A stretch of 63,960 nucleotides of DNA, the filler included, from Reticulomyxa filosa (taxonomy: Eukaryota > Protista > Foraminifera), in NCBI GenBank assembly GCA_000512085.1. It is 21 parts of 21 records of this genome, joined end to end, with 100 filler letters (N's around TTAATTAATTAA, not from the genome) between each part and the next. Parts side by side here need not be neighbours in the genome. Positions count along the whole stretch, not along the records: positions 24,972 to 29,348 come from ASPP01045912.1; positions 29,449 to 31,373 come from ASPP01014992.1; positions 31,474 to 37,163 come from ASPP01001010.1; positions 37,264 to 41,531 come from ASPP01024448.1; 17 more parts are not named here. One strand, given 5' to 3'. The position numbers and the translations under genes were made by a program. How positions within the stretch are numbered: position 1 is the stretch's first letter; each line of letters starts with the position of its first letter. Below, one piece after another: positions 24,972 to 37,302 of this stretch. Under the pieces are notes generated by a model that had not been told where the DNA came from, searched no databases, and saw only the letters and a list, made by a program, of their open reading frames with translations.

Positions 24972-25627
24972 TAAACTTTCTACCAAATTCGCCAGATCTG
25001 AATCCAATCGAAAACTTTGGTGGATACTAAAAACAAGATGTATAAATGGAAAAAAATAAATACAAAGCAAGATATATGGGAAAAATTCAAAAAAACATGG
25101 TAAGAAATTGATCAACAATTATGCCAATCACTAATTGAATCTATGTCCAAAAGAATTCAAGCAGTAATTGATGCAAAAGGAAAACCAACAAAATGTTATA
25201 TAAAAAAATTTTTAAAAATAATACTTTTAATTTTTTACTAAAAACTAATTTCAATATTAAAATTTTAATCATTCGGCATACAAAGGGAATAAACTGGAAT
25301 AAAAGAATATGATTTCTCTCAAAGACTACAATGATACAAGCATAATTTTTTTTTTTAAACAAAAAAATTTGAAAATTTCTTAATTTTAATAAAAGTGCAA
25401 ATGATACGCATTCTAGCAGAATTGTCAAAAATTATTTGAAAGAATGGTGATTTCATCCAACAAAAAAAAAAAAGTTATTAAAAAATCAATTTCATATTTA
25501 AAAACTACAAGATTTGTAGATATTTTTTAAAAAAAATTAGGTCTAAATGTTGATTTTTCATGGAGAAAATCAATTATCATCATAAGATATCATTTTTGGC
25601 GTTCAGTTTTCTTTGCAACTTACTGTA
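24972..25627 (+). mobile_element. 3' end of a decayed Tc1-like transposon with its right TIR
   Basis: NFLPNSPDLNPIEN(L)WWILK...LCQSLIESMSKRIQAVIDAKGKPTK is the Tc1 DDE C-terminus. The element ends ...TTTGCAACTTACTG|TA. Confidence 0.9.
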
Positions 25628-25989
25628 ACTTCTTTTTCTACTTTAAAAAAAAATTGAGTTTTTCACATGTAACAGTAATAATGCAGTTTTTTTGTTAAGT
25701 TCTTCAAAACAACAATGTTTTCTTTTTCAAAATATTTTGGAAAACCCTTTAAATATTGTATTAAAAAATTGGACATTTGTTTCTTTTATGTCAAGCAAAA
25801 TAAGTTCAGAGAATGACACCCTTACTAAAATAAAAACCTTTAAATTGAAATAATGAATATTTATGTGCTCAAAGATACTCTATTGAAAAAAGTAATGTTC
25901 GCTTTAGAAAAAAAATTCAAAAAAGACAGCATTTAAAAAATGCACAACTTTGCTTAATTATGTTTGATGAAAATATGAAAGTGTTTAAT

Positions 25990-26566
25990 TTGATTACTAT
26001 CATGTGATGAAGCACAAATAACATTATGATGATTATTTTGATAATGATATTGTGAAAATTTCACACAATACACTCAATCTAAATATCAATTAAATAATTG
26101 AATTTTTTCGTTGGTCTCTACATCCTATGTACAAGCTGTTTTATCTGATGATCCAGAACAAATGAATTGTCCATCATCGAATACTGAATAATCAATACTC
26201 CAGTGTGTTCATTGAATGTATTGAGTAATTTGGAAGATGAATAAAACGTTTCAAATATTTTGAAGTCAGTTGTCAAATAGTGGCTATGAATGCTAACATT
26301 AAATACTTGAACATTTCACATAAAAAATAAAGCAGAAAACACAACATAATCGACAACGAGTTTCTCGAAATCATTAATCCGTCATAATTTAATGTCTAAT
26401 GTTCGAATCCAATATTGAAGAATTATTTGGATTTTTTCTTTTTCTAACTGGTTCAATCACAAATCACGTATACAAGAACAATAAAACCTAATGACAATCA
26501 ACTTTCTGAAATTTTGAAAACGGAGCTTACCAAGGAAATTTGCTTTTCATTTATAACGACTGCCAT
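25990..26566 (-). pseudogene. WD40-repeat family pseudogene
   Basis: MAVVINEKQISL|LEKEKIQIILQYWIRTLDIKL*RINDFEKLVVDY|...SIDYSVFDDGQFICSGSSDKT...YCVKFSQYHY, with multiple stops. Paralogue of 13746-14370. Confidence 0.8.
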
Positions 26567-26857
26567 TTTTTTTTTGAGATTTGTTGAAGTGTACAAAGAC
26601 ATTATTGAACGGGAACTTTCACTATTGTTTTATGACAAAAATACTATCAGCCGAACTGAAAGAAATTTTTTTAAAACAGAAGGGTTATTTCTTTAAAAAT
26701 TCAGATGACATCAAAGGTATGATGAGGGAAAAAAAATATAAACTTTATATTGAAAATTAATCTTTGGTTTTGCAAATCTTTAAATTTTTTAGAAAAAGAA
26801 TTTTCTTTTCTTCTGAAAACAAGTAAAACAAAAAAGAAGTAACTGTAACATAACAAA

Positions 26858-29348
26858 ATGACAAAAATAATAAAACAAGAACATTGAAAGAATATTGAAT
26901 TTACCTGGAAATAAATTTTGTAGTGATTGTGGAGCGAAGTTGACGAAAGATGTGGGTTGGGCATCATTGAATTTGGGTGTGGTATTATGCATAAAATGTG
27001 CAGGCGTTCATCGAGCGATGGGAACGCATATAACAAAAATTCGGTCATTTCGATTGGATACAAACGCATGGACCGATGAGATAACAGAGACATTTGAAAA
27101 AGTCGGAGGAAATGAAAAAGTGAATACGAATGTGTGGGAAGCACTTTTGCCAAGTTATTGGATGAATCCGAAATGGGACAGATGCGAGGCCGTTCGAGAT
27201 CATTTCATACGAATGAAGTATGAGAATAGAATGTTCCTGCCACCAGACCCGACCAAATTGAATCCGTGTGTGCGTAAAATGCCGGTCGAAGTTATGCAAG
27301 GGAGTGTTGAATGTAAATCACCAGATGCCAAAAAATGGTCAAAACAATGGGGAGTCCTACATTCAAGGTTAATTTTCTGCCGCTTATTATGAATACATAT
27401 ACACGTATATGTGTATAACATATACGTGCGTGTAGATGGTTTTCAAGATACACGGGACCCAAACAAACGGAGGCGAAAGCAGCTATAGATTTGGCACACT
27501 GTAAATTGATTGTCGAAGAGCAAGACAGCAATGACCTCTCCTCCGGCTTTGTGTTTTTACTATATGAAGATCGATTCACTACCTCGCAGCGTGAACAACA
27601 GGATTCGAAAGCGCCGGACTCTACAGGTGCAGCCAAGGCCTCGATCAACTCCGCGGACTCTCTGCAAACAAGAGTGCGACTTGAGCGTGAAATGACAGAA
27701 GATGGTATCCAATTTTTTTTTTTTATCAATCTTTTTTTTCTCTCCCTCTCACCCTTTCCATATCTACTCAAAAAAAAAAATAATAAATAAATGCAAAAAC
27801 ATTGGATCAGCGGAACCTTGGTTGGCATGTCGTGTTGTCGACTTCCAAGAGTTCAATAAATGGGTCACTCGCATTCGCATGGCGACCTCGTTTTATCGCG
27901 TGTTCGATATCCTGTTTGAAGTAGAGCCTGAGAAAAACATCACCAATGTAAACCTCAAGGAGTTGCAATCTGGGAATGTTAAGCACTTTGGATGGGCCAA
28001 AATCTCTTGGGCCAAAATTGGATGGTCCAAACGATGGTTTTGCTTTTTAAATGGCAATTTATATTGCTTTCAGTTTTGCTTTTTTTTTATTTATTTTTTT
28101 AATTTGCACATTGCATGCACCATATGTATGCGTATTGGTTTTTTATCTTTTTAAATGCAGCAAAGATATAACGCAAATGGGAGCCGATATTGCTCCTCCG
28201 CACAAAGTGTTTGATTTGCAATTGACAGATTTTACGCTGGATGAGGACGGACAGCGGAGTGGTAGTAAGAATGTTCTGTTGCTCTTTCATCACAAAGAAA
28301 CATTTCACATTCGCTTCGACAGTGGACCTGAAGCCGTCAAATTCTATTCCGATTTAAACAATTGCTGGAAAGAGACTCGGGGGAGATTCACCGTCGATTT
28401 CGCAGATGAGCCTCCTGTTATCACTGGTGAGGCCATTGGAAATGACAATCGACCACTTTCTGCTCTTTCGCCAAGATTAACTTTTGCCACGCCTGAGGAG
28501 TTTTCTTATTTTTTTAAAAATAATAAATATATACATATTTATTTATTTTTAATAAACCCCCTCATAACAACATACACACACCATATATCACTGTTCTGTT
28601 TTCTTTAAAAAAAATAAGGCTCAATTCTCAAAACAAAGGAACCATCGAGATATTGGAACTGATAAACGAAATTCAGCAACAGCAAAGGTTGCGTGAAAAG
28701 GAGTTACGACAATTGCGAAAGGGTGGTTCGAATGACGACATCAATTTCAATGCGATAATCGGCTCGGGCCCGACACAATCGGAGATGGCGTTGGTTGATG
28801 GTTCTGGAGCAAACGGGGACATAGACAACAAGCTTAAGTTAGGCGACAATGAAGATGATGACGACAGCGATGAGGGGTTATATCGCGGTGCGGAAGGAGA
28901 AGGAGAACAAAAGCGTGCCAAAGGCCATCACGGCCAACAAGACACAATGTATTTAATGGGATTACTTGGCACGAGTCTGAGCAATGAAGAGCCGAATGGA
29001 CATCGTCGAGGCGCGCCTAGCTTCACTCAAATGAATATTCCAAAGCTGCCCTCGCAAACCAATTTATTGGTGCAGGAGAGAGAGCGACAAGGCACTGTAT
29101 ACGTGTCGAGCGAGCCTTTGGACCCGCAAATGGATCTTTATGAAAATCCCGGCGAACTAGCTAATACCAGATCCCTCAGTGACAAAGATGAATTGAAGGA
29201 TCATGATGCACATCCTCCAGGAGGCCAAGCGCAAGACAATGACCAGGCGCTTGCTGTTGTTTCCAATAACTCATTCGTTGCAGATGGCGGTTTGTTTTTT
29301 TTATTTATTAAAAAAGGGTATTATATTGATGACTGCAAAAAAAAAAAA
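26858..29348 (+). CDS. ArfGAP + PH-domain protein (ADAP/centaurin-like), multi-exon, 3'-truncated
   Basis: PGNKFCSDCGA...WASLNLGVVLCIKCAGVHRAMGTHITKIRS (ArfGAP CX2C...CX2C plus catalytic R), then PH-like WSKQWGVL and WSKRWFCFLNGNLYCF segments. The start region may carry a 1-nt frameshift. Confidence 0.9.
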
Positions 29349-29703
29349 NNNNNNNNNNNNNNNNNNNNNNNNNNNNNNNNNNNNNNNNNNNNTTAATTAA
29401 TTAANNNNNNNNNNNNNNNNNNNNNNNNNNNNNNNNNNNNNNNNNNNNAAAAAAAAAAAAGGGGTTTGCCGTCACCAGTCCAAAAAAATTCTTCAATCTT
29501 TCATCAACACAAATTTGTGTCAGACCTTCCATCCGGCCGGAGCCTACTTCCAGCATCTACTCTCGCTTCATCGTAACCAAATGAACACACCACATACACA
29601 CAATATAATATGACATATATTCTTGCATGTGATCAATATTCCGACACATACATATATACATATACGTATACATATATATATACATATATGTATATGTATA
29701 ACA

Positions 29704-30594
29704 GCTAAAGAATTGGACTCCACAATTGATGTGGTGTTCATCGGCACACTTGAATACGGCGAAGCGCAGGCGCAGATGGGGATAGACGAGATGAAAAAGT
29801 CATACAAATTTGTACTGGAGCCGTCACATGCGGAGGTGACAGTAGAAGAGATTCGCGTCTGCAACAAGCGCATATCGAGTTTGGCAATGATAAAGGGCAG
29901 CAGGATGGGGATACGCGTGCGAATAGCCCAGCGCTATATCCAAGAGCATCCCAAGCGGAGTCGAGGGAGGAGACTGCTGTTTGGCATACCTCTGGACTTG
30001 CCACCAATGGCAGGATTGATTGGCTCCGGCTGGAACTCTCTCGGTGCCACAGAGGTGTGTGTTGTGGATATCATGCCCTTATTCAATCGCTATCAACACT
30101 CTTTTCGTCAACACTCCAAGTTTTTGTTTTCGTATCATAATATGGTTGCGGAAATGGAAATTGTGTTGATTGAACGCACCATGTTCACTGATTATTATGG
30201 CTATTATCTTTGCCAAACTGTTCATGAAAAACTTTTGGATACCAAACAAGAATTGCCTGAGGCTATTATTGAACTCATTCTATCTTTCATTACAGATAAA
30301 AACACTCTGCAACAAATGACTCAAATAAGACCCGTCACCTTTCCTCAAAAATTGCACTATTTTCGCATTTTTGGCGTTGTCCGACAACCTTTGGGCACTC
30401 TTTTTAATACCAACAAAAATCAAAATATCTTTGTTATTCTTGCACAACGTCAGGTCGCGGGAAAAGGCAAATTTATCGGACCGATGGATAGTGAGACCTT
30501 CCGCAAAACTTATCCAAATGAATTCAATTGGTGCGGGTCTGTTGCGAGGAAATTGCATAATAACACTAAAATATCGAAGTTGTCCCCAAATTGA
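29704..30594 (+). CDS. Last exon of a hypothetical protein with possible translation-factor (EF1A/HBS1-like) domain II-III similarity
   Basis: Long open exon after a TA-repeat intron. VFIGTLEYGE...FVLEPSHAEVTVEEIRV...GSRMGIRV and RQPLG...ILAQRQVAGKGKFI loosely match EF-Tu-like beta-barrel patterns. Confidence 0.55.
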   Translation, partial: AKELDSTIDVVFIGTLEYGEAQAQMGIDEMKKSYKFVLEPSHAEVTVEEIRVCNKRISSLAMIKGSRMGIRVRIAQRYIQEHPKRSRGRRLLFGIPLDLPPMAGLIGSGWNSLGATEVCVVDIMPLFNRYQHSFRQHSKFLFSYHNMVAEMEIVLIERTMFTDYYGYYLCQTVHEKLLDTKQELPEAIIELILSFITDKNTLQQMTQIRPVTFPQKLHYFRIFGVVRQPLGTLFNTNKNQNIFVILAQRQVAGKGKFIGPMDSETFRKTYPNEFNWCGSVARKLHNNTKISKLSPN

Positions 30595-31047
30595 TTTTAT
30601 TTGTCTCTCTCTGAAATATTGCACATCTATTCGTCCTGAGGGCATTCATTTGACAATGGCCAAGTAGGACTGGTTTACACTCTTATTCTCATGAAGTAAA
30701 ATGTATGCACAAATAAAAAAATAAGGCTTTCTGGCCAGTTTTCATTGAATTTGAGTGTCAATATTTTTGTCTTTTATTCATACGCTTCTTTTTATTGTTA
30801 ATGAGGTTAATCCAATTGTTTCAAACGTGGACTAAACATGCCGCATAAAATCTTTGAATATCGTTTAAATTGATAACAAGTAATGTAGCTGGAAATCAAC
30901 TTACTTCAGTCAGCGCCTTTGTTATTTGTGTGTCATCTGTTTGAACAACAAGTTTGTTTAGAAACTTCCAGGAGAAGAACGCGAGTCATTGTTCTTGAAA
31001 CAGCCCTTTATCATCAGTATTAGTGCAAGGATAAAAATAAAAATAAA

Positions 31048-31315
31048 ATGACAAATTTGTATCACGTCTTACAGCAGCAAGAAATGTTTGGTCATAAAAC
31101 TTGTTAGTTTGTGTAACTTGGAAATTTCTTTTCAAAGCCCAGCGTTACTACCATACATGTAAGGTTTGGCTCTGTTAACAACGAACAGGGTCAAAGTACT
31201 TTCACCAGAACGATTATTGCCACCCAAAAAACCTCTTTGGCATGGAGTATTTTGTCCGTCGATTAGAGCTTGCAGAAGAGTTGCAATCACATGAAGGTTG
31301 TGTCAACACAGTAAG
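31048..31315 (+). CDS. 5' end of a DCAF8/DCAF6/WDTC1-like WD40 protein (truncated; not in the ORF track)
   Basis: MTNLYHVLQQQEMFG | intron | ...EYFVRRLELAEELQSHEGCVNT resembles the F-V-x-R-...-H-x-G-C-V-N-T start of DCAF8-family proteins. Confidence 0.65.
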
Positions 31316-31473
31316 GTTAAAAAAAATAAAAAATAAAAAAAATGAATGGAGGGGGGGGGGGGGGGGAGGGAAANNNNNNNNNNNNNNNNNNNNNNNNNNN
31401 NNNNNNNNNNNNNNNNNTTAATTAATTAANNNNNNNNNNNNNNNNNNNNNNNNNNNNNNNNNNNNNNNNNNNN

Positions 31474-31640
31474 TTCAAGTATGGGATGCAGTATCAGGAG
31501 AGCAGTTGAAAAAAATAGTAACGCCTTCTATTGAATCACTTGGCTTGCAAGACTTTCCAGATGGTCAAACTATTGCTGTGTGGTTTGATGATAAGACAAT
31601 TCGGTTATATGATGTTGAATCAAGGCTTAAAAAAAAATAG
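31474..31640 (+). pseudogene. WD40 repeat remnant
   Basis: QVWDAVSGEQLKK...FPDGQTIAVWFDDKTIRLYDVES, followed by decay. Confidence 0.6.
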
Positions 31641-32291
31641 TAAATAATTCCATTATTATTGATATCTCAAATGCATTACGTGAGGAACATTGCAAATTTC
31701 CTAAAGATGTTACATTAAAAATAGCGATTTACAAGATTTAAAAAAGTTAATATCAACCATTTTAATTCTTTTGGATTGACTTAGAGGAAGAATAATTTCA
31801 TGCAATGTCCCATAATGTAATTGAACATTGATTAAAAAGTAAAATAATAAGATGTAAAAAGTTTGTTCTGTTAATTTTATTAATTTAACGTGTCTTATTT
31901 CAAACCATTGGGATTAAAATTTCATTATTTGTGAACACAAAGAACAAACAAGAATCACTGCAATCACAAAACATAAAACCCAATTGTTTCTGAGGAAGTG
32001 TATTCTTGGACAATCTCTGAATAAAGTTTTACAGAACAGTAGAAGGATTTCTTCTTTGTTTGATAATAAACACAAAAAGGAATAATTTTTTTTTGAGAAG
32101 AGCTTGGAGTGTTTTTGGCATTGGAAATAATTTCAATTGAAAACATAAAAGAGAACACGCCTTAACTTTTTTTAAAAAATCAAATGTTTTTAAAAGCATT
32201 ACTACTGATGACATCTCCGTAAGGCGAATATTTATATTTGTAAGTGATTTGTCAATGAATAATATGTATTTGTTGAAATCAAAACATTATG

Positions 32292-32702
32292 TTATGAAAA
32301 ACAAAAATATTGATATGATAAAAATTTTACCCAATTTACAGCTGTAACATGTTTATTGAATGATTGGATGAGTTTATTAGTATATAAATCCCATACACGA
32401 ACTGTGTTACTACCTGACCCAGAACAGATATATTGATGACAATTAAATATTGAATCAATACTACATAAATGATAACAAATCACTGAATGAACAAAAACAA
32501 AAGAACTAATATAATTCATAATAAGTTTGTCAAAATCATATATCCATCCTAATTAAATTTTTAATTTCTAAATCCAATTTTCAACGGTGATTTGAATCTC
32601 TTCTTATGACTGATTCAATCATAAATATAATAAACACAATTAACAAGGCTTATAAAAAATTGAAATTAAGCTTTTTGCGTTAAAACCTCGAAGTGAGTCA
32701 TC
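32292..32702 (-). pseudogene. WD40-repeat family pseudogene
   Basis: EEIQITVENWI*...LGWIYDFDKLIMNY header exon, then ICSGSGSNTVRVWDLYTNKLIQSFNKHVTAVNWVKF. Disrupted. Confidence 0.75.
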
Positions 32703-33140
32703 CTTTTGATTTTTTAAGATTTGATTAGACGCAAGATGAAACTATTTAAACTTTTTTTCTCAATAAAAAAGCCAAAAACACTTTAAATAAGGAACATAAA
32801 AAAATTTGTTTCATTACTATTTTGTCAATCAATCCTGCCAGCTCTTTCAATTAAACGCTCAATACCATCTATAATTAATGCAGCTTTTATGTTTATTCAC
32901 TTTTAAAAAACAAAATTATTTAAACAACCTTTCTAATAAAATAAAAAAATTGCACGACATAGCAACAAACTAAAAAAAAAACTACTGCGCCTTATCAAAC
33001 ATAACTTTATAAATCAAACAACATAACAAATGACAACATTTTTGTCAAATAATGTAAGTACTTATAAAAAAAATAAATCTCACAATTAAAAAAACCTAAC
33101 TATTTCAATAAAAAAAAAGCATAATTTTAAAAACATATAA

Positions 33141-33272
33141 AAAATTAAGTTTAAATTAACTCCCTTGGGAAAAACAGAAAATAAAACAAAATATATTCGC
33201 CGGCACAAGGTACAGGCGAACATTTTTTTTTTATTTTGTTTTTGTCAAGGGAGTTAATTTAAACTTAATTTT
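33141..33272. repeat. ~132-bp foldback hairpin
   Basis: aaaattaagtttaaattaactcccttg...caagggagttaatttaaacttaatttt is a perfect 27-bp outer stem. An imperfect inner stem continues to ttcgcc/ggcgaa. Confidence 0.9.
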
Positions 33273-33758
33273 AGTTTTATGCAAGAATAAGGTTTCATAT
33301 AGCACAAAAACCTAGATTAAAAGGTCCCCTGTTTCACAAAAAACCGATAAATACTTTTTCTGCAGGAAAATTTTAATGTAATTTGTTTCGTGTTGATAAG
33401 TTATATTACGATTGATTTATTTGAGCAAAGTGTTGTCAAATGCTTGTACTATTCTTTGTTATGAAATTCAAGAGTCATGTTTGCCTTGTCAAAGTTTTTT
33501 TGCATAAGTTTAATGTTTAAAAAAAAATTTTCAATTGTCTGAAGAAATATTAAAGCTATTTCATTCGATGTACTCAAGTTTAAGATTGATACTTTCAATA
33601 CTTTTTAAAAATATTTTGCAAATTTAAGTGAAAATTTGAATGTTTTTGTTAATAATGCAATGAAGTAAAGTAATAAACCCAACAAAATAAAAAAGTTTCA
33701 AAAAATTTTGTTGTATTTTTCAAATAAATTGCTGTATGAATAATGAAAACAAAGTATA

Positions 33759-36088
33759 TCATTCTAATATTGTCCGTTGTTTACTAGTTAGTCTTGCTGA
33801 TCTGCGTAGTTCAATAGTACTTGTTTCATTTAATTCTCCTACTTCACTAGTTGTATGACCTAACTTTCGCTTATATCTTTTTCGGAATTTCTGATCTTAA
33901 TTGCCTTTTGTTTCTGCCAATTTTTATAGCATAATTTGCTATTTTAAATAATTCAAATAACGATCTTGCAAAAGATTCAGTTTTTATCATTTCATGAATC
34001 TTTATATTAAACTCCTTTTTTTCTTCATCAATATTATCGATCTCCATCCATACAAATCTAGGATATGCAACTAACACACCAACCCTAGCCCCAGTCCAAA
34101 TCATGTAGCTCGCAATTTGATGTATTGGATTAACTAAAATAGCAGGGTTCATTATGGGCCTAGGCTGTTTTGCATTTAGTCGCTTTATCATGTCGTTATT
34201 ATCATTACTTCGATGTATTCCTAAATTATCACAACTATATTCTAATACTTCTTTATCATACATGCTCCAAGGTAACGTTTCTTGTTTATGACGCAAAAAT
34301 ATATGCTTTTCATTCTGTTTTGTACATTTCATATTAACACCTGCATCACTAATTTTAGATTGAATTTCGCTTTCTTCTTTTGCTATAACCTTTCCAACAC
34401 TTTTGTTTATCTTTAGCGCTATTGTCTTTTCTTTGTTTTTAATTATTTTGTTTTATTTATAAAATATAATAACATATCAACACGTTAATCAATAATATAT
34501 TAACTTGTTGTATTTATTTTTTGTTGAGATAATTCGCAGCAACCTTGCAACCATGTCGCCTGTAGGACTCCAATTTCATTATTAAATGCTTCTAATACAT
34601 TTGGTGGTTTATAATCAAATACAATAAATGGTTCAGATGGCTCACTTTCACCAAATAGATTATTATTTAATGACCAAAGAAGATCTGGATAAGCAAATCC
34701 ATTATTTAAATCACCTTCTTTTGTTTTTAATCCTGATAAAGTTCCGCAAACAGTAGCATATATATTTTTATTTATTATTGACTTAAATATAAATTGTAAT
34801 GATCTTGCTATCCAATCATTTTTTGTTTCTTTTGAATTATCTTCGATCATACATTTCCAAAATCCTTCAATAATAACAGATAACTTATATAAATCAATAT
34901 TTCCAATTAAATTATCAAATTCAATTTCCTCATTACTTATAATTTTTTCTATGAATTTGATATGTATGATTTCGTGAGCTACCCTACATTTTTTTACTTC
35001 ATATGAGCTACTACAATGAGCAATTTGCGCTTCATTCCATTTAACTTCTTCATTGAAATTAATATTACTTTCAATTTTTTGTAATGCCTGTTCAACTGTA
35101 ATATTTACTAATCCAGATGAACTAAATAAATTAAAGTTTGGCATGTTGAAATTATTTTCCTTTTTTTCTTCGTTATCATTGCCATCAATTTGATAAAGTC
35201 GTTCATTTTTTAATTTAAGATCTTTTTTCAATTGTTCAATTTCAATTGTTTGATTATTCTGATTTATTATTTATTATTTGTTTATATGTGAAATAGAAAT
35301 AAGAAAATAAAACATACCAGTTGTTGTTTTAAGATTAAATTGCTATCATTCAATTTTGATATTTCCTCCTTTTATTTTTTTTTCATTATGTATTTTTTTT
35401 AATTTCAATTTTTTATATTTTCATATATTTGGTGCTTGATTAAAACATAAAATATATAACAAAACATCACTTGTTGTTTTTGCACGATATTAGTTACTAA
35501 TTCAAAATGTTGTTTCATGTTTTCAATTAAATGTTGTTCTAAATCTCTTTCGGAAAAATATTTACATCCAAATTGCTCAAACCAACATGTAGATTCTTTT
35601 AATGTACATAAATTATTTAGGTGCCCATGCATATCTTTTATTTTTCCTTTAAAATCACATGTTGTTATAATATCTCTATATATTTGCTCTTCTTCATTTC
35701 CTCCAATTGTTTTCAAATCTTTTTTGAATTGATTATAACATATGACATTCAATTCATCGATATGTTTTTGCATCCCATTTACTTTGTAATACATGCAATC
35801 GTCATGATGATGAACAGGACATTTATTGTTATTGTTGTTTAGAAATTGTTTTAAACAATTATCACCAACAATTAATTCTCCATCCAAATCTTGGTGCTGA
35901 ATACAATTTAGCTTAATTGGATTGTTTGCAATATGTTTGCAAATGAAACAAATACAACGGTTAATTTGTTCTTGTGTGTTAAATTGTAGCACCCAATTTT
36001 TGTCAAAGCATTGTTGACTAAAAGAAACTGGAACTTCTCCAGTTTCAACAAGTTCTTCAACTTCTTTCTGACCTTCAATTTTGTTCAT
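33759..36088 (-). CDS. RING/TRAF-type zinc finger + coiled coil + putative PD-(D/E)xK (REase-like) domain, multi-exon
   Basis: CFICKHIANNPIKLNC...HQ...CLKQFL...CPV; CDFKGKIKDMHGHLNNLC; CWFEQFGC...LEQHL. Downstream exons read YPDLLW...IVFDYK...HQIASYMIWTGARVGVLVAYPRFVW. The last frame is restored by removing one A near 33880. Confidence 0.75.
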
Positions 36089-37263
36089 ATTCACTTACTA
36101 TTTCTATTATTTCAGATATTTATTAGTAAAATTTCTTTGTTAAGGGATCCTTAAAAAGAAGTTCAATAAAAAAGATCAGCGTATAGATATGACTTAAAAA
36201 CAAGATTTCTGAAAAAAAAAAAAACAGTCAAAATTTATAATTTTTGCGCTAACGAAATAATTGATAAAATGTAGAACAATGTATGCAAAATGTGACAGCT
36301 ATAGAATAATTGCAAAGTACAATGAACGCATCATAATTCTTTAAAAAATTTACAAGTGTATCTTTCTTTTGTCAGAGTGGAAAGATAGATTATATAACAA
36401 AGTATATTGTATTATTACAACAATTTATCAATAATTAGTTTCATTTAAACAAAAGTTATAAATAACTTCCTTCAAAACAAAAAATGCATACAACTACCAT
36501 ACACGAATCTAATTTGCTTTCTTTGAATTATTTTGTTTTAAATCTTAAATATCTGAAACATCCAATGAACTCAATCAATTATTTTGCTACTTTGTTTTGC
36601 TGTGGTCACAAAACATTACAATTTCTTTTATTGTTAACCGATGTAATTTTGCAACATTTTATTAAGATATAAACTATTTCCCACTATCTGTGAGCAAACA
36701 GACATGATTATAGAAATATATAGTAGAAAACTATAAAAAAGTTTAAAATGTTTATCAATTTTTCAAAATCGTTTAAAATAAAATAAACAAAGGAATGTCT
36801 TCTTTTCGTAACATATCACAAACTTTTTTTGTAGTATTAGCCTTTATTTGCCATTTTTTAAAATAACATCAAAGTCTAAAAAACCCAATTACTTTTTTTA
36901 CAGATACTTTCTTTGTTCAAAAGTGATAACGTAATAAGTTATGTCTTAACTTCCCACAATATCATTCACTCAATAATGCCAAGCCAGTTAATTGAGATTT
37001 TTTGTAGTTGGCTAAATGACCAAAAATTCATCGTCATTGTAGTATCTTCTTTTAAGAAATTGTTGAAGACAAATAAACAAGTTTATTTTTTAAGTCTATT
37101 TGGCAAATTCAGCAGGATATGGTGACAATTGAAAAAAAAGGCACATAATATTGCGTGCATAAGNNNNNNNNNNNNNNNNNNNNNNNNNNNNNNNNNNNNN
37201 NNNNNNNTTAATTAATTAANNNNNNNNNNNNNNNNNNNNNNNNNNNNNNNNNNNNNNNNNNNN

Positions 37264-37302
<39 letters not shown>

